DNA of 63,651 bases, filler included, from Octopus bimaculoides (Eukaryota): NCBI RefSeq assembly GCF_001194135.2. It is 5 parts of 5 records of this genome, joined end to end, with 100 filler letters (N's around TTAATTAATTAA, not from the genome) between each part and the next. Parts side by side here need not be neighbours in the genome. Positions count along the whole stretch, not along the records: positions 1 to 20,544 come from NC_068992.1; 4 more parts are not named here. One strand, 5' to 3'. The position numbers and the translations under genes were made by a program. The notes under the pieces are model-generated. The model had not been told where the DNA came from, ran no database searches, and worked only from the letters and a program-made list of their open reading frames with translations. Positions 1-14,328 of the stretch are shown piece by piece (position 1 is the first letter of the stretch; each line of letters opens with the position of its first letter).

Positions 1-31
<31 letters not shown>

Positions 32-537
32 CATATATATAGGAGGGATGACCACTAAGTGGACATCCAATATGCTAGATGTTGACCCCATATGGTCTGA
101 CCACTAAGAAAAGATGGTTCTGAAGAGAATTCACCAAACGCCAGAACGTAAGCGAGCAAGACGAATGAAAAGATACAAAATATAAAGATTAATCACATAC
201 CCGGCTTCATTGTAACCACTTACGTAATACGTAAATGTATGCAATTCATCAGTGTGATCGTCAAAGCAAAATATAATGTGCAGAACTATACACGAGACGT
301 CCGCATGAGATTGAACATGGATATAGTTCTCTCAATTATATTTGGGATTATATTTTAAAAGTCTACGTTTTGGTGCAATATTAATCAAATTAATCAATTT
401 TTCACTCTTATTATTTAAATTTAGATAACCATGTTCTCTAACCGGCAACATTCACTGCAGAGAATTATTTTCTGCAGAATTATTTCCGGTATTTTGGCGC
501 GCCAATACAAAGACTTGAAATATAACCGCAAATGTAA

Positions 538-900
538 TTCGACTAAAGACGATGCTCCAGCATGGAGCATCGTCTTTTGTCGAACAAATCAACCCCAGGA
601 CTTATTCTTTTTAAGCCTAGTACTTATATCGGTCAGTTTTGCCGAACCGGTAGATTTCAGGGAGGTAAACATACCAACATCGGTTGTCAAGCGATGGCGG
701 GAGGACAAACACAGACACAAATATATATATATATACGATGGGCTTCTTTTCAGTTTGCGTCTACCAAATCCCCTCACAAGGCTTTGGTCAGCCCGAGGCT
801 ATAGCAGAAGACACTTTCCCAAAGTGCTACAGTGGGACTGAACCCGGAACCATGTGGTTGGTAATCAAACTACTTACCACACAGCCACTCCTGCGCTTAT
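538..900 (-). mobile_element. Composite tRNA-derived SINE (head + internal TA/TG microsatellite + tail)
   Basis: Head (GGCTGTGTGGTAAG..GGTTCCGGGTTCAGTCCC..AAGCCC) at 900-730, then (TA)n, then tail (TTGACAACCGATG..GGGGTCGATTTG). A 22-bp fold-back lies at 538-584. Confidence 0.8.
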
Positions 901-1809
901 NNNNNNNNNNNNNNNNNNNNNNNNNNNNNNNNNNNNNNNNNNNNNNNNNNNNNNNNNNNNNNNNNNNNNNNNNNNNNNNNNNNNNNNNNNNNNNNNNNNN
1001 NNNNNNNNNNNNNNNNNNNNNNNNNNNNNNNNNNNNNNNNNNNNNNNNNNNNNNNNNNNNNNNNNNNNNNNNNNNNNNNNNNNNNNNNNNNNNNNNNNNN
1101 NNNNNNNNNNNNNNNNNNNNNNNNNNNNNNNNNNNNNNNNNNNNNNNNNNNNNNNNNNNNNNNNNNNNNNNNNNNNNNNNNNNNNNNNNNNNNNNNNNNN
1201 NNNNNNNNNNNNNNNNNNNNNNNNNNNNNNNNNNNNNNNNNNNNNNNNNNNNNNNNNNNNNNNNNNNNNNNNNNNNNNNNNNNNNNNNNNNNNNNNNNNN
1301 NNNNNNNNNNNNNNNNNNNNNNNNNNNNNNNNNNNNNNNNNNNNNNTATATATATATATATATATCCTTACATGTATTTATATATGCACTCATAGACTGT
1401 ATGCATCATCTACAACTTGTCTGAAATAAGTTTCACAGAAAAGTCAATTAGCCCGAACAAGCGAGCAGCCGGCTTAGTTAAAACAATATTAGCGAGACAA
1501 ACAATGGCTGTATTAAGGAGAATTACGATTGTCTTTTTGATAAATAACATTGGAGTGGCTTTACATAGAGATTCAATGAGAGTTTATTATTAATTCATTG
1601 CATGATGTATCTTCTGTGGCTCAAAAGCTTTGCGTGTTGCATTCTCTTAAGTCGATGTCGTCATGGTTTGTCTTCTTCAATCACGGCGTTTTCCTAAATG
1701 TAATTTCATCCAACAGGTTCTTTCATTTCACGAAGAATGTTTATACCGTATCCATATCGTTTTTCTAGTTCTCCCACATATATGAAGAATCGGGATATAT
1801 ATATATACA

Positions 1810-1845
<36 letters not shown>

Positions 1846-1926
1846 TATATGTACATATANNNNNNNNNNNNNNNNNNNNNNNNNNNNNNNNNNNNNNNNN
1901 NNNNNNNNNNNNNNNNNNNNNNNNNN

Positions 1927-1961
<35 letters not shown>

Positions 1962-2410
1962 ATGCATTTGTGTGTCTATGTTTGTGCCCCCAACATCGCT
2001 TGACAACCGATGCTGGTGTGTTTACGTGTCCGTAACTTAGCAAGGAGTTCGGCAATGGCGACCGATAGAATATGTACTAGGCTTACAAAGAATTAGTCCT
2101 GGGGTCGATTTGTTCTACTTAAGGCGGTGCTCCAGCATGGTCGCAGTCAAATGACTGAAATAAGTAAAAGAATAAAAGAATATATGTATGTGTGTGTCTG
2201 CGTCTTTGTGTCTGTGTTTAAGCCCACCACCACTGACGACCGATGCTGGTGTGTTTATATCCCCGTCACCCGGTTTAGCCAAAGTGACGATAAGATAAGT
2301 ATCACACATTAAAAAAAATAAGAAAGGAAGTTCATCCTTTCAACTAAAATTCTTCAAGGCGGTGCTCCGGCATGGCCGTAGTCCAATGGCTGAAACAAAC
2401 AAAAGAAATA
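1927..2410 (+). mobile_element. Two tandem composite-SINE tails following a microsatellite/gap
   Basis: Two copies of GACAACCGATGCTGGTGTGTTTA..AAGGCGGTGCTCCAGCATGG..TGACTGAAA. Confidence 0.75.
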
Positions 2411-2924
2411 AAGTAAGTGAAAGAAACATTAACTCGACTTTCACCTTCCGGTTCCGGTGACTCATTTGATGAGGTTCTGGTTGGGAACAAAACGGCCTGA
2501 GCCTCATTTAAATTAGGCCATTATACTATCTCTTTGGCTAAGTGATCGTTTGGCACAAACAAGCTAGCCGATCGTCATTGGAATGGGAAAACTGCAAGGT
2601 GATATTCGCAACGGCCACCGATATCATTCCTACCCCCAGGCAATAACAGCCATGCACACAATTATATTTCGTCAGTCAGTATACAGTTATCAGATCCACC
2701 GCTCTGGGCTGGCCCTTAAAATATCGATCCTAGAAGGATAAAAAGCTTAGTTGGCTTCTGACGGATTTGAACTCATAGCGCAATGCTTCGGAGCAAATTC
2801 TTTTAAATCTTTTAAATCTCTTACCACTTAAACATTGTTAAAGTAGCGTACTTTGGTCGATCTAATCGACTGGCCCCTCTCCAAATATTTCGGGCCTTGT
2901 GCCTAGAGTAGAAAAGATATAGAC

Positions 2925-3670
2925 AAAGGCATTTCGCCTGTCGTTACGTTCTGAGTTCAGAATCCGCCGAGGTCGACATTACCTTTCATTCTTGCGGGGC
3001 CGATAAATTAAGTACTAGTTACGTACTAGCGTTGATCCCCAAAAATTTCGGGCCTTGTGCCTAGTGTAGAAAACAATATTTATATCTTTTAAGGCGGCCA
3101 ACTGACAGAATCGTTAGCACGCCGGGCGAAATGCTTAGCGGTATTTCGTCCGTCGTTACGTTCTGAGTTCACAATCCGACTTTACCTTTCATCCTTTGAG
3201 AGTCAATAAATTACGTCCTCCCGCAAATTTCAGCCCTTGTACATATAGTAGAAAGAATTATTGATATAGGCAAGTTGTAATAAGCCTTTCAACTACAGAC
3301 CCAAGGCTTGAAATTTAGTGGGTAGTGGGCAAAGTCGTTTACATTGACCCCAGTACTTGCCTAATACTTTACTTCATCAATTCTGAAAAGGATGAAGGGT
3401 GCAGTCAACCTCGGTAGAATTGGAGCTCAGAACATCAAGACGGGCGAAATGCCGCAAAGCATTTTGTCCGACGCGCTCACGATTCTACCAGCTCGACGCC
3501 TTACTTAGGAACGGGAGAGGCGTGAGTCAATTACATCGGCCCCAGTACATAACTGGCACTATTTTCTCAACCATGAAAGGGATGAAAGTTGAAATCGATA
3601 TCGGCACAGTTTGAACTCAGAACATAAAGACGAACGAAATGCCACAAAGCATTTTGTTCGACGCGCAAAT
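2925..3670. mobile_element. Cluster of four Meta-like-domain SINE copies (two +, two -)
   Basis: Repeated GTTACGTTCTGAGTTC..CCTTTCAT(C)CTT..GATAAA and its reverse complement. Confidence 0.75.
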
Positions 3671-4142
3671 GGATGTACCAGCACACCGCAGGTTGTAATG
3701 ATATGATAAATAAGAAACATTGCCTCATATTTTGAGGTGTGAGGAGGAAACAATCGAGAATATCGACAACAAAGCTTGATTTCTTCATATTTTACCGCCC
3801 CACAGAAGAATTATAAAGCAATATCGACCTCAGTGAGATTTGAACGCAGGACGTAAAAAAAATTAATAAATGATAAAAACATTCTCTTCACTTTTTTATA
3901 TTTTCATCGATCTTGCACATCTTGCACACATACGTACAAAAACAAGTATGCATACACACATGGACACATACACATAAACATACATACACTTAAATATACA
4001 CATATACATACACCTACACACACACATATACATAATACATATTTATATATATACATACATACACACACACACATATATATATACATGTGTATATGTATGT
4101 ATATATACATATGTGTGAGAATATATATATACATATATCTAT

Positions 4143-4177
<35 letters not shown>

Positions 4178-4178
4178 C

Positions 4179-4237
<59 letters not shown>

Positions 4238-4442
4238 TACATACATATATATATATATATGTGAGCGTGTGAGCGTGTGTGTGCGCGCGCGCGTGTGGAA
4301 ACCTATCAATTCATTTATATATGACTAATAATTAATCTCTGTTGCATGATCTATCGTTAATAATTAGGAACTAGATGAAGTGGAGGAAAGCAATCAGCAG
4401 CTAGGATTGAGACTTGATTTGGATTGGCAGGGGAGGATTGGT

Positions 4443-4502
4443 GTGGTCAGCTGTGGTCGGCTATGGTCAGCTATGGTTAGCTACGGTTAGCTATGGTCAG
4501 TT
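4443..4502. repeat. 10-bp tandem repeat GCTATGGT(C/T)A, ~6 copies
   Basis: Direct reading. Confidence 0.85.
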
Positions 4503-4762
4503 ACATACAAACTAAGGAAAGATATTAAGCACAATAGGATATTAGTCCCGTCCACAAATGACCGCTTATGTTATGCAGATGCAAGCACGAACAGAAAATA
4601 ATTATGGCACTATATACACCCGCACATAGATTTATATATACATACATGCACGTGACACGCAATGACACGTGCATGCAACATGAGCATGCGTATTCAAACG
4701 GTTTTGCAAGGCATGGGGTGAGGCAAAGACATTGTGACGCACACACACACATACACATATAT

Positions 4763-4808
<46 letters not shown>

Positions 4809-6202
4809 NNNNNNNNNNTCCTCACTAAATTGAAAACTGTTAACATTTTTGAAGAGGACTGGTCCCTAGCTACATTTTCGCATAAAAATAAACTGAGATT
4901 TGATCCAGTAGAAAAAAGTTTACATCAAAATTTGTAGCAATGTTATAGGAGAGTAATGCTACCAATCAAGTTTAGATCTAAATAACTTTTTTTTTATTTT
5001 AAAAGCAAAATATATTTATCTTAGCTTCTATGATAGAAGAAAGCATGAGGAATTTCATAGTTTTGATCCCATGCAACAAAAATTTGTATCAAAAAAGTTG
5101 TGAAGTATAAAATATTATTAAAAAAATATGAGTAAGGTCAAAAATTGGATTTAGATATAATTAACTTTTTTATTTTGAAAACAAACTATATTTTAATTAA
5201 GCGTAAATGATAAAGCTCAATTCAAGGGATCTCGTGGTATCAATCTCATGCAATGAAGTTTTAAAAGAACATAGTTATGAGTGTTTGTTTCTCAAATTTG
5301 AGGATGATAATATAGTTCTATACTTTTTTTTATGAATATAGTTCTATAAGGGACTTTTAATATATGACACCGGCGTCATTGAGCTAAAGAAAAGAAATAT
5401 CAACGACACCGCTAATTGACACATTTGACACATTATTAATTAGCATAATAACATAGCCTAGTAAAAACATGGAACACATGGGAAAATGCGAGCAAGAGAA
5501 ACAATATTATTCAGATTACAAACCTGAAAAATTACCGGATAAGTTATTTCACTTGGAAAAGTTCAGGACAACTATTACATCTGGCAAAGTACAAGAAAAT
5601 TTTTACTTAAAATATTGCAGCTAAGATTAAAATTTGAATATTAAAAATTATTTTATTTTAATTTACAAAGTAACATTATAATTAAAAACGGTACCATAAT
5701 TTTTTTACAATACTGACACACTAGAATACTTAGAAATTGAGAGCCAGAAGTACCAATATAGCTAAAGTTTTATGCAAAGTGGAATAGTATATATGGTAGG
5801 CAAATTCATTACATAAAAATAGGCATAGGGTCAAGACTAAAAATGTGAAGACTTGGCAATGACTCAAGCAAATTTTACTATGAATTTGTTGTTATAGGTA
5901 GATTTTACTGTAATATACTATTTTTTTTGTACTATTCTATTTATTGTACTATCTAATTATGTACTAGTATTATTTTTTATAACCTATTTTCAAATTTATA
6001 ATTTTTAATTCATAATTAAAGACATGAATTTTTTAAAGTGTAAAAAATGTTTTGAGCATTTTTTTAATTTTTAATAGAAGTAACAAGTAATAACAAATAG
6101 AAGTATATACATGTTCGTACACACACATTCACATGAGTGTCTTGAATGTGAGTATGTTTGTGTGTATGTGTGAGTATGTGAGTGTGTATGTGTGTGTATG
6201 TA

Positions 6203-6245
<43 letters not shown>

Positions 6246-6746
6246 ATGTATAAAAACGGATTTGTAGACTGTTCTTAGTTTACGCTGAAAGTCTAATCTC
6301 CCTCGGTAGGCGTGATCGCCGAAGAAAGAGGTGCCAGGAGCTAAATCAGAACCATGTCATCAGCAGCAGTAGCAACATCACTATGATCATCGTCATCATC
6401 GTCGTCGTCGTCGTCGTCGTCATCATCATCATCGTCATCATCGTCAACGCCACCATCTTCAATGCCGAACTATCATCAGCAAGTTGGCATTAGACTAAAA
6501 TAACAATAACGACAAAACTACCGCCAATCAAAAATACCACCACCACTTACCTCACTAATACCACTACTTACAACAATAACAACAGCAATAACAAAACTAC
6601 TATCATTAGCAGGCACTAACACCACCATCAAGAATATTGCCAAAGACCTAAGCAGTGGTGGCCATCAGCATCAATCAACGGCGGCGCCACATCCACCAAG
6701 ATCCCTCATCACTTTCCTATGTCAATTGCATTTCGTGGCATTTCTT

Positions 6747-6790
<44 letters not shown>

Positions 6791-8669
6791 NNNNNNNNNN
6801 CTATCTATCTATCTATCTATCTATCTATCTCTATCTCTCTTCTTTCTCCCTCTCTCTCTCTCTCTATCTATTTCTCTATCCATCCATCCATCCATCCATC
6901 CATCCATTTATCGATCTATCTATATTTATCAATCTACCCGTCGCTCACTCTTTCTCCCTCTCTCTCTCTCCTTATCTCTCTCTGTCTCTCTCTGTCCCTC
7001 ACTCTCTCGCTCGTTCGCTCGCTCTCTCTTCTTGCATATCCACTGTATATATGTCTGTGTGTAAATATTCATATAAATCTATGTGTGCGAAAAACATATA
7101 CATGCAAATATGAATTTATATACATATATACGTATATGTATTTATATATATATATGTGTACATACATAAATATATATATATATGTATATATATATATANN
7201 NNNNNNNNNNNNNNNNNNNNNNNNNNNNNNNNNNNNNNNNNNNNNNNNNNNNNNNNNNNNNNNNNNNNNNNNNNNNNNNNNNNNNNNNNNNNNNNNNNNN
7301 NNNNNNNNNNNNNNNNNNNNNNNNNNNNNNNNNNNNNNNNNNNNNNNNNNNNNNNNNNNNNNNNNNNNNNNNNNNNNNNNNNNNNNNNNNNNNNNNNNNN
7401 NNNNNNNNNNNNNNNNNNNNNNNNNNNNNNNNNNNNNNNNNNNNNNNNNNNNNNNNNNNNNNNNNNNNNNNNNNNNNNNNNNNNNNNNNNNNNNNNNNNN
7501 NNNNNNNNNNNNNNNNNNNNNNNNNNNNNNNNNNNNNNNNNNNNNNNNNNNNNNNNNNNNNNNNNNNNNNNNNNNNNNNNNNNNNNNNNNNNNNNNNNNN
7601 NNNNNNNNNNNNNNNNNACATACGAACGCACGCACGCACGCACTCATTCACAAGTACACGCCTTATAGGGTACCTTGAAAGTGCGATATAAGAAGTGGGG
7701 CGCGTATAGTGCCGTACAGCGGGTGGGTGTTTGTTGGGTGCCGTGTGGTGGTGAAGTATGATATTGTGCTAGGTTGACATACGGTATATACATCGCAATG
7801 TACGGGTATATATATATATTTGCTATTGTTGTTTAGCTCTTCTCTTTGTCAGCAGAATACAATGTGATAATAAAATTTCGCTGTTATTTCTAGCCAATCA
7901 GCTGACTGCATAAATACTTACACATTGAGCCGTGTTGTACACGGAATAATGAGCTAGCATAGGTGTTGTTGATGTTTCGACCGAGGTCAGCACTGATAGA
8001 GTAAACCTATGATCATCAAAGGTGCTCCAACCATGCCCCTCCCGTATGGAACCATATTATCTAATACGTCCTTCTTCTTGTCAACAGAATACAGTGTAAT
8101 ATGAGGACGATTTCGCTGTTATTTCTAACCGGTCAGTTGGCTGCATAAAGGCTTACACTTTGGGTTGTGTAATAAATAGTAGAAAGGACTATTGTTGTTG
8201 TTGTTGTAATTTGATGGCGCGTAGCCTAATGGTTATCGTGTATGGTTCGTAATCATTTGATGGCGGTTTCGTATACTCGGCCTTGCATCCTTGAGCAAAA
8301 CAGTTCCTTTCACGTTTGCTGTAATCCACTCGGTTGTAGATACGGACCCACCTAGTGCTGGTGCAACGCTCTGTCTCTTTTTCTCTCTTCCAGCTGTCAC
8401 AATCTCCGATGTACCTCTTGCTCAGGGGTGAGAGAGCCGAGAAAGTGTCTACATCTGCTCGCAATTACACGGGAACCTAAAACAACCAACGATATTAATC
8501 CCCATGGTCCCACGTACTCACTTCCGGGAGGCTGCTGAACACATTTCATTGCCTTGATCTGCTATATCTAGGACTAAATACATTCAAATTGTGATCATAC
8601 AATACCTCTGGGTGCACAACCAGTTGACAGATGGGCACACAGTCAAGTGCCTTTTTCTGTAATATAGCT

Positions 8670-8825
8670 GTATAGCAAGAAGTTTGCTTCCCAATCACAT
8701 GGTCCTGGGTTCAGTACCATTACGTGGCACGTTGAGGAGGTGTCTTCTACTACAGCTTCGAGCTGATCAAAGCCTTGCGAATGGATTTGGAAGACGGAAA
8801 CTGAAAGAAGCCCGTCGTATATATA
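8670..8825 (+). mobile_element. Composite-SINE head running into a microsatellite
   Basis: CACATGGTCCTGGGTTCAGTACC..GGAAACTGAAAGAAGCCCGTCGTATATA. Confidence 0.75.
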
Positions 8826-8891
8826 TATGTGTGTGTGTGTATGTGTGTGTGTGTAAGTGTGTGTGTTTGTGTGTGTGTATCNNNNNNNNNN

Positions 8892-8922
<31 letters not shown>

Positions 8923-9451
8923 TAACTATATATGTACACATATATATATATATATGTATACACATCTATGTATATATATATACATACATATACATATGTA
9001 TATATATAAATCTATTTATATATAAATATATACATACATACATACATACATACATACACGCATACATAGATGCATACACACACAGATATAACGCTTCAGC
9101 AAAAGAAACCGACAAAATAAATACTTGGAATAAGTACAAAAATAATAAGCGCCAGGGTCGATTCGTTCCATCAAAAGTGCGTGAAGGCGGTGCTACAGTA
9201 TGGCCGCAGTCTTATAACTGAAACAAGTAACAAAATAAAAGCTCAAATGATTACACAAAAGGACAAAATACTTTTGAGAATCTGAACGATTTCAGATCTA
9301 AGAATGTCACGTTCTGACTTAGAAGACACTAAATAGATCTATTTTGTAACTTTCTAATGTCTTAGATATATGAGTAAGGACGTCCGGGCTATACGCATAC
9401 TATAGATACGATACACACACATACACATATATGTCTGCGTATGTATATAAA

Positions 9452-9492
<41 letters not shown>

Positions 9493-9551
9493 CATATANN
9501 NNNNNNNNNNNNNNNNNNNNNNNNNNNNNNNNNNNNNNNNNNNNNNNNNNN

Positions 9552-9586
<35 letters not shown>

Positions 9587-9752
9587 CATACTTATACATA
9601 CTTATACATGCACACACAGAAATGAATATGTCTGCATATGTATATTGCATATATGTGTATTTTACATACATTTACACACACACACACACACACATACATA
9701 CACATATACACACATATATACATGTAAGTTACATATATGTAAAGACAAATAC

Positions 9753-9795
<43 letters not shown>

Positions 9796-9904
9796 GACAC
9801 ATTATTCATATATACATACATACATACTTCTCTGAAAAATTAGGATAGAAAATTACATAGATTGCGTAGCATAATTCTCCAAAGATATCAGAAGAAACTA
9901 AACT

Positions 9905-9927
9905 ACAACAACAACAACAACGACAGC

Positions 9928-9997
<70 letters not shown>

Positions 9998-10017
9998 GTA
10001 ACAGCAACAACAAAAAC
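9905..10017. repeat. (CAA)n microsatellite
   Basis: Direct reading; one representative of very many (TA, TG, TATG, TCTA, TAA, GTT) tracts in the window. Confidence 0.9.
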
Positions 10018-10604
10018 AAAACCGATATTTTTGTATGATTTATATTCTCTCTATATCTATCATTGATTGATATTATTTCCTTTCTTCATACCAATGACTC
10101 GGATCTCATTTGCATACACGCCATTTGACCAGGACTGGTGGTTTTGCTTTCAATTTGCAAGGCGGTTTCTGACAACGGAGCTTAACTTCATCACTAAAAC
10201 ACCGACATTGTTATTCATTCAATGATGGCGGATGAGATCGTTTGCAATTTATCTGCCATTTTGTTTCGTTAGTAAGATGATGTTTGCTTTGACGAATTAC
10301 TATGTAAATATTGCGGTGATGGTAGTAGTGTTGGTGGTACGTGACGGTGATGGTAAGGGTACAGTAGGAAGGCTATAGAGGTAGATTATCAATACAGATA
10401 TCGTGTGCTTAGATTGATTATTGTGTTGTCGGTCGGGCTATTGTAGCTGGAAGTAGCCATTTACATAAACAACCAATTAATAAACATTTGTCCAGAAACG
10501 CTATTGTCCGTTGATGTCACCATAAATAATATATAGACCCGATGCCATTCACTTTCAATTTCATTTCATTATCTTATAATCACTTTATATCCGTCCGTTC
10601 CTAA

Positions 10605-10673
<69 letters not shown>

Positions 10674-11519
10674 TGAGTNNNNNNNNNNNNNNNNNNNNNN
10701 NNNNNNNNNNNNNNNNNNNNNNNNNNNNNNNNNNNNNNNNNNNNNNNNNNNNNNNNNNNNNNNNNNNNNNNNNNNNNNNNNNNNNNNNNNNNNNNNNNNN
10801 NNNNNNNNNNNNNNNNNNNNNNNNNNNNNNNNNNNNNNNNNNNNNNNNNNNNNNNNNNNNNNNNNNNNNNNNNNNNNNNNNNNNNNNNNNNNNNNNNNNN
10901 NNNNNNNNNNNNNNNNNNNNNNNNNNNNNNNNNNNNNNNNNNNNNNNNNNNNNNNNNNNNNNNNNNNNNNNNNNNNNNNNNNNNNNNNNNNNNNNNNNNN
11001 NNNNNNNNNNNNNNNNNNNNNNNNNNNNNNNNNNNNNNNNNNNNNNNNNNNNNNNNNNNNNNNNNNNNNNNNNNNNNNNNNNNNNNNNNNNNNNNNNNNN
11101 NNNNNNNNNNNNCTAATATTGACACATGTTAAGATTACATTTCTCGTCGGTTTTGTTAGATTTGCTAGCAACAGGTACTTGCTTGTAATTCCACACTTCA
11201 TTATGAATTTGTTGCTGGTCCCAGGTAGGGAACAGCTGGAAATGATCAGGTTTATTAATGTTTTTTTTTTTTTTGGTTGCAGCTATTGATACATTACAGC
11301 GTTGCTTCTCGACCACCCAGCCCTACCCCTGCCTTTTCACGTGCAGTCAGTCAGTCAACGATATGAAAGACCTTCAGTTAAGAATTAGACTGTTGGAAAA
11401 TATCGAAATTTCTCCGAAGTAATGAAGAATGTCTCGATTTGTTGGCTTTACCAGCACCCAAATTACACACAAATTACACTCGAATAACGTCATTTCTGTG
11501 TTATTAATGGATTCACATT

Positions 11520-11880
11520 TTAGCACAAGGCCAGCAAGTTTGGGTGAGTGTGGTAAATCGATTACATCGACCCCAGTGTTCAACTGGTACTTCTTTTATC
11601 GACTCTGAAACGATGAAAGGTAAAGTCGACCTCGGAAGAATTTGAACTCCGATCGTAAAGACGAAACATTTTGCCTGGCGTGCAAACGATTCTGCCAATA
11701 ATTTTGATGAGAAGACATTTTGATGAGAAGGGTGTAAGTTGATTACATCGACCCCAGTACCTGACTGGTACTTTATTTTATCGATTCCGAAAGGGATCTG
11801 CAAAATTTGAACACAGAACGTAAAAAGGCTTGTTAAGAATTCTGTCCAATGCGCTACCGATTCTGCCAACTCGCCGCTTT
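11520..11880 (-). mobile_element. Meta-like-domain SINE copies
   Basis: GATTACATCGACCCCAGT..GATGAAAGGTAAAGTCGACCTCGG..TTTGAAC occurs twice. Confidence 0.7.
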
Positions 11881-12290
11881 AACAATAAAAATAATGATAA
11901 CACCAATAACAGCAACAACAACACTCATCGCTCATAACTTGTTTCCGTCCTTGTTTGAATGAATATTATGTTCTATTAGTGGAATCTGCTGCGAGGTTTT
12001 TTTAGGGGGTGAGTTACTAAGAAATTTGGAGAGTAGAGAACTGTCACCATCAGAGTTTCACTGGAATTTCGTTTCAATTTATCGATATCAGAAGGATGAA
12101 AAACAAAACTGACCTCGACAAGGCTTGAATTTAAACCATAAAAACCGGAGCAAATAACTTGGGAAGATATCTGAACAAGGAATCAGTATTTATATAACAT
12201 ACATTTCTGACCTAAAATATTGGGCCAAGGTGCTGCCAAAGAGTTTTACATTAATCGTTTGCAACATCAAAGGATTTAAACAATCGTATT

Positions 12291-12480
12291 TATACATTAT
12301 TTACATTATTTACATTTGACGGTGTCCTCATCTTATTAACACAACATTTCGGCTGATCTACTCTCCAGCCTTCATCAGCCGAAACGTTGTGTTAACAACA
12401 AACAAGATGAGGACACCGTCAAATGTAAATAACGTAAATAATGTACATAATTCCTCATCTCTTAAATATAGAACTGTACA
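12291..12480. mobile_element. Fold-back copy of the hammerhead-containing SINE tail
   Basis: Inverted arms 12291-12357 and 12374-12447 around a 16-nt loop. The minus strand reads CTGATGA-A-GGCTG-gagagtagat-CAGCC-GAAA (12378 to 12347). Confidence 0.7.
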
Positions 12481-14328
12481 ATCGTCTTTGTTTTTTTATT
12501 TAAGCGAGGCAGAGGCTTGCCTCAGCTGTGTGGTTTGGAGTTCAGTCCTACTGCGTGGCACCATGGGTAAATGTTTAATACAACAGCCCCTAGGCGAACA
12601 GAGCCTTGAAAGTGAAATTGGTAGCAGTCGTTTATTTATTATTTTTAGGGCTTTCAAGATTGATGCGAAGAACACTTGAAGTTATCTCTAGACCAAATAC
12701 CAAGCATGAATCCTTGTAAAGGATCTGAGTCTGGATCTTAAATAATGTAACAGGTTAAGTCTACCACCCAAGAGGAACACCAACGTTATCACTTGGCTAA
12801 TTAGGAATGACAACTAAATTTCCCTCAAATCCCACCTTATAGTCATAATAAAAGAAAGTAGAACAATGTTGTACTTCATATTGGGGGTAGGGATCCCATA
12901 TGTCACGTGCCAACTCGGATCTACGCATGGAAAGTTTGGTTCCAGGCGATAGATCTAAATGAGGTTTTAATTTTTACTGACGGCTTGCAATTGTCCACGT
13001 ATGAAAATGTCCCCCACTCTACATCACTAATATATTCAAGATAGAAGTAAGGGCCAGTAAAGCTGATATTAGTGTTCTTGCGGACGTTGCCAAAATACCG
13101 GAAGAGATAACCGAAGGTGTCCTCTCTAAACTTTTAGTAATTCTCTAATCTAACAACCCAAACTGGTACATTTTTTAATCGACCTTAGAATGCTGTCGTC
13201 GGTTGGATTTCAATTCAGAACGCCGAAAGCGGGAGCAAGTATTGTATTTCATTATATCCGACACACTAACATGTCTGCCTATTCGCAGACCTCTTTGTAC
13301 TTCTTATTTTCATATAAGAGGAAAACCAAAAAAAAAACCCAGTCTTTACTCTGATTTGCGCTTACTATTTACTCAAAAGGACAGTGTAGCTAACGTAAGC
13401 TTGTATATGTATGTGTGTGACCACTACACTTATATTTTTTTTTCTCCTTGTTTCTCTCCTTATTTCTTTGTGTTCCTTTCAGTTGAAGAGCGTAGCTCGA
13501 AACGTCAAAGACTTTCTCTATTCTCGAGCGTTAAACTAATATATCCATTTGTTGTTTACACCACCTGTCTTCGTCTGTTGTTTTTTTCGTAAATTCTCCC
13601 ATATATATGTGTGGGTGTGTGTGTGCGTGTGTGTATGTTGCGTATGTGTGTGTGTGCGTGTGTGTGCTCGCGCGCGCGTGTGTATGTGTGTATGTGTGTG
13701 TATGTGTGTATATGTGTGTGTATGTGTGCGTGTGTATGTTTGCGTGTGCATGAGTGTGTATGTATGTGTGCGTGTGTGTATGTGTGTGCGCACGCGTGTG
13801 TACGCGGCGCGGGTGTGCGTGCATGTGTATGTGCTTTAATGAAATTGTATTGGATTTCTTACTAATTTCTTGTATCGATCTGTTATTCATACAATTGTAA
13901 GTAATTTCTTGTATCGATCTGTTATCCATACAATGTATAGCTATCCTCTATCATTTATCCAAATAATTTGCTTATGCAACTCTGAAGTAAAATATTTAAA
14001 ATCACAACAAAAAAAAAATATTATTTTTTAAAATAATTTCCACAAAGACAAAAAAATTGCCAAGAAGCAGAACGAAAACTCGAACAAGTAATTGTATGAT
14101 GGAGTAATTATCAATAGAGCAAACAAACGTGACATTTAAAGCAACTTTTTTTTCCATCGTTATTTGGGCAAATAGAAATTACAACTTAGAATCTCTTACA
14201 GAATTAAGATATCTGTGATATGTGCAGTAGAATGTTGTTAGCGTTATTCTTCTCCGTTGATTCATGATTTCGACGAGGAAATCGTAGAAGATAAAACAAA
14301 TGTTGTCAAGTATTTTAGGGTGTTGAAG

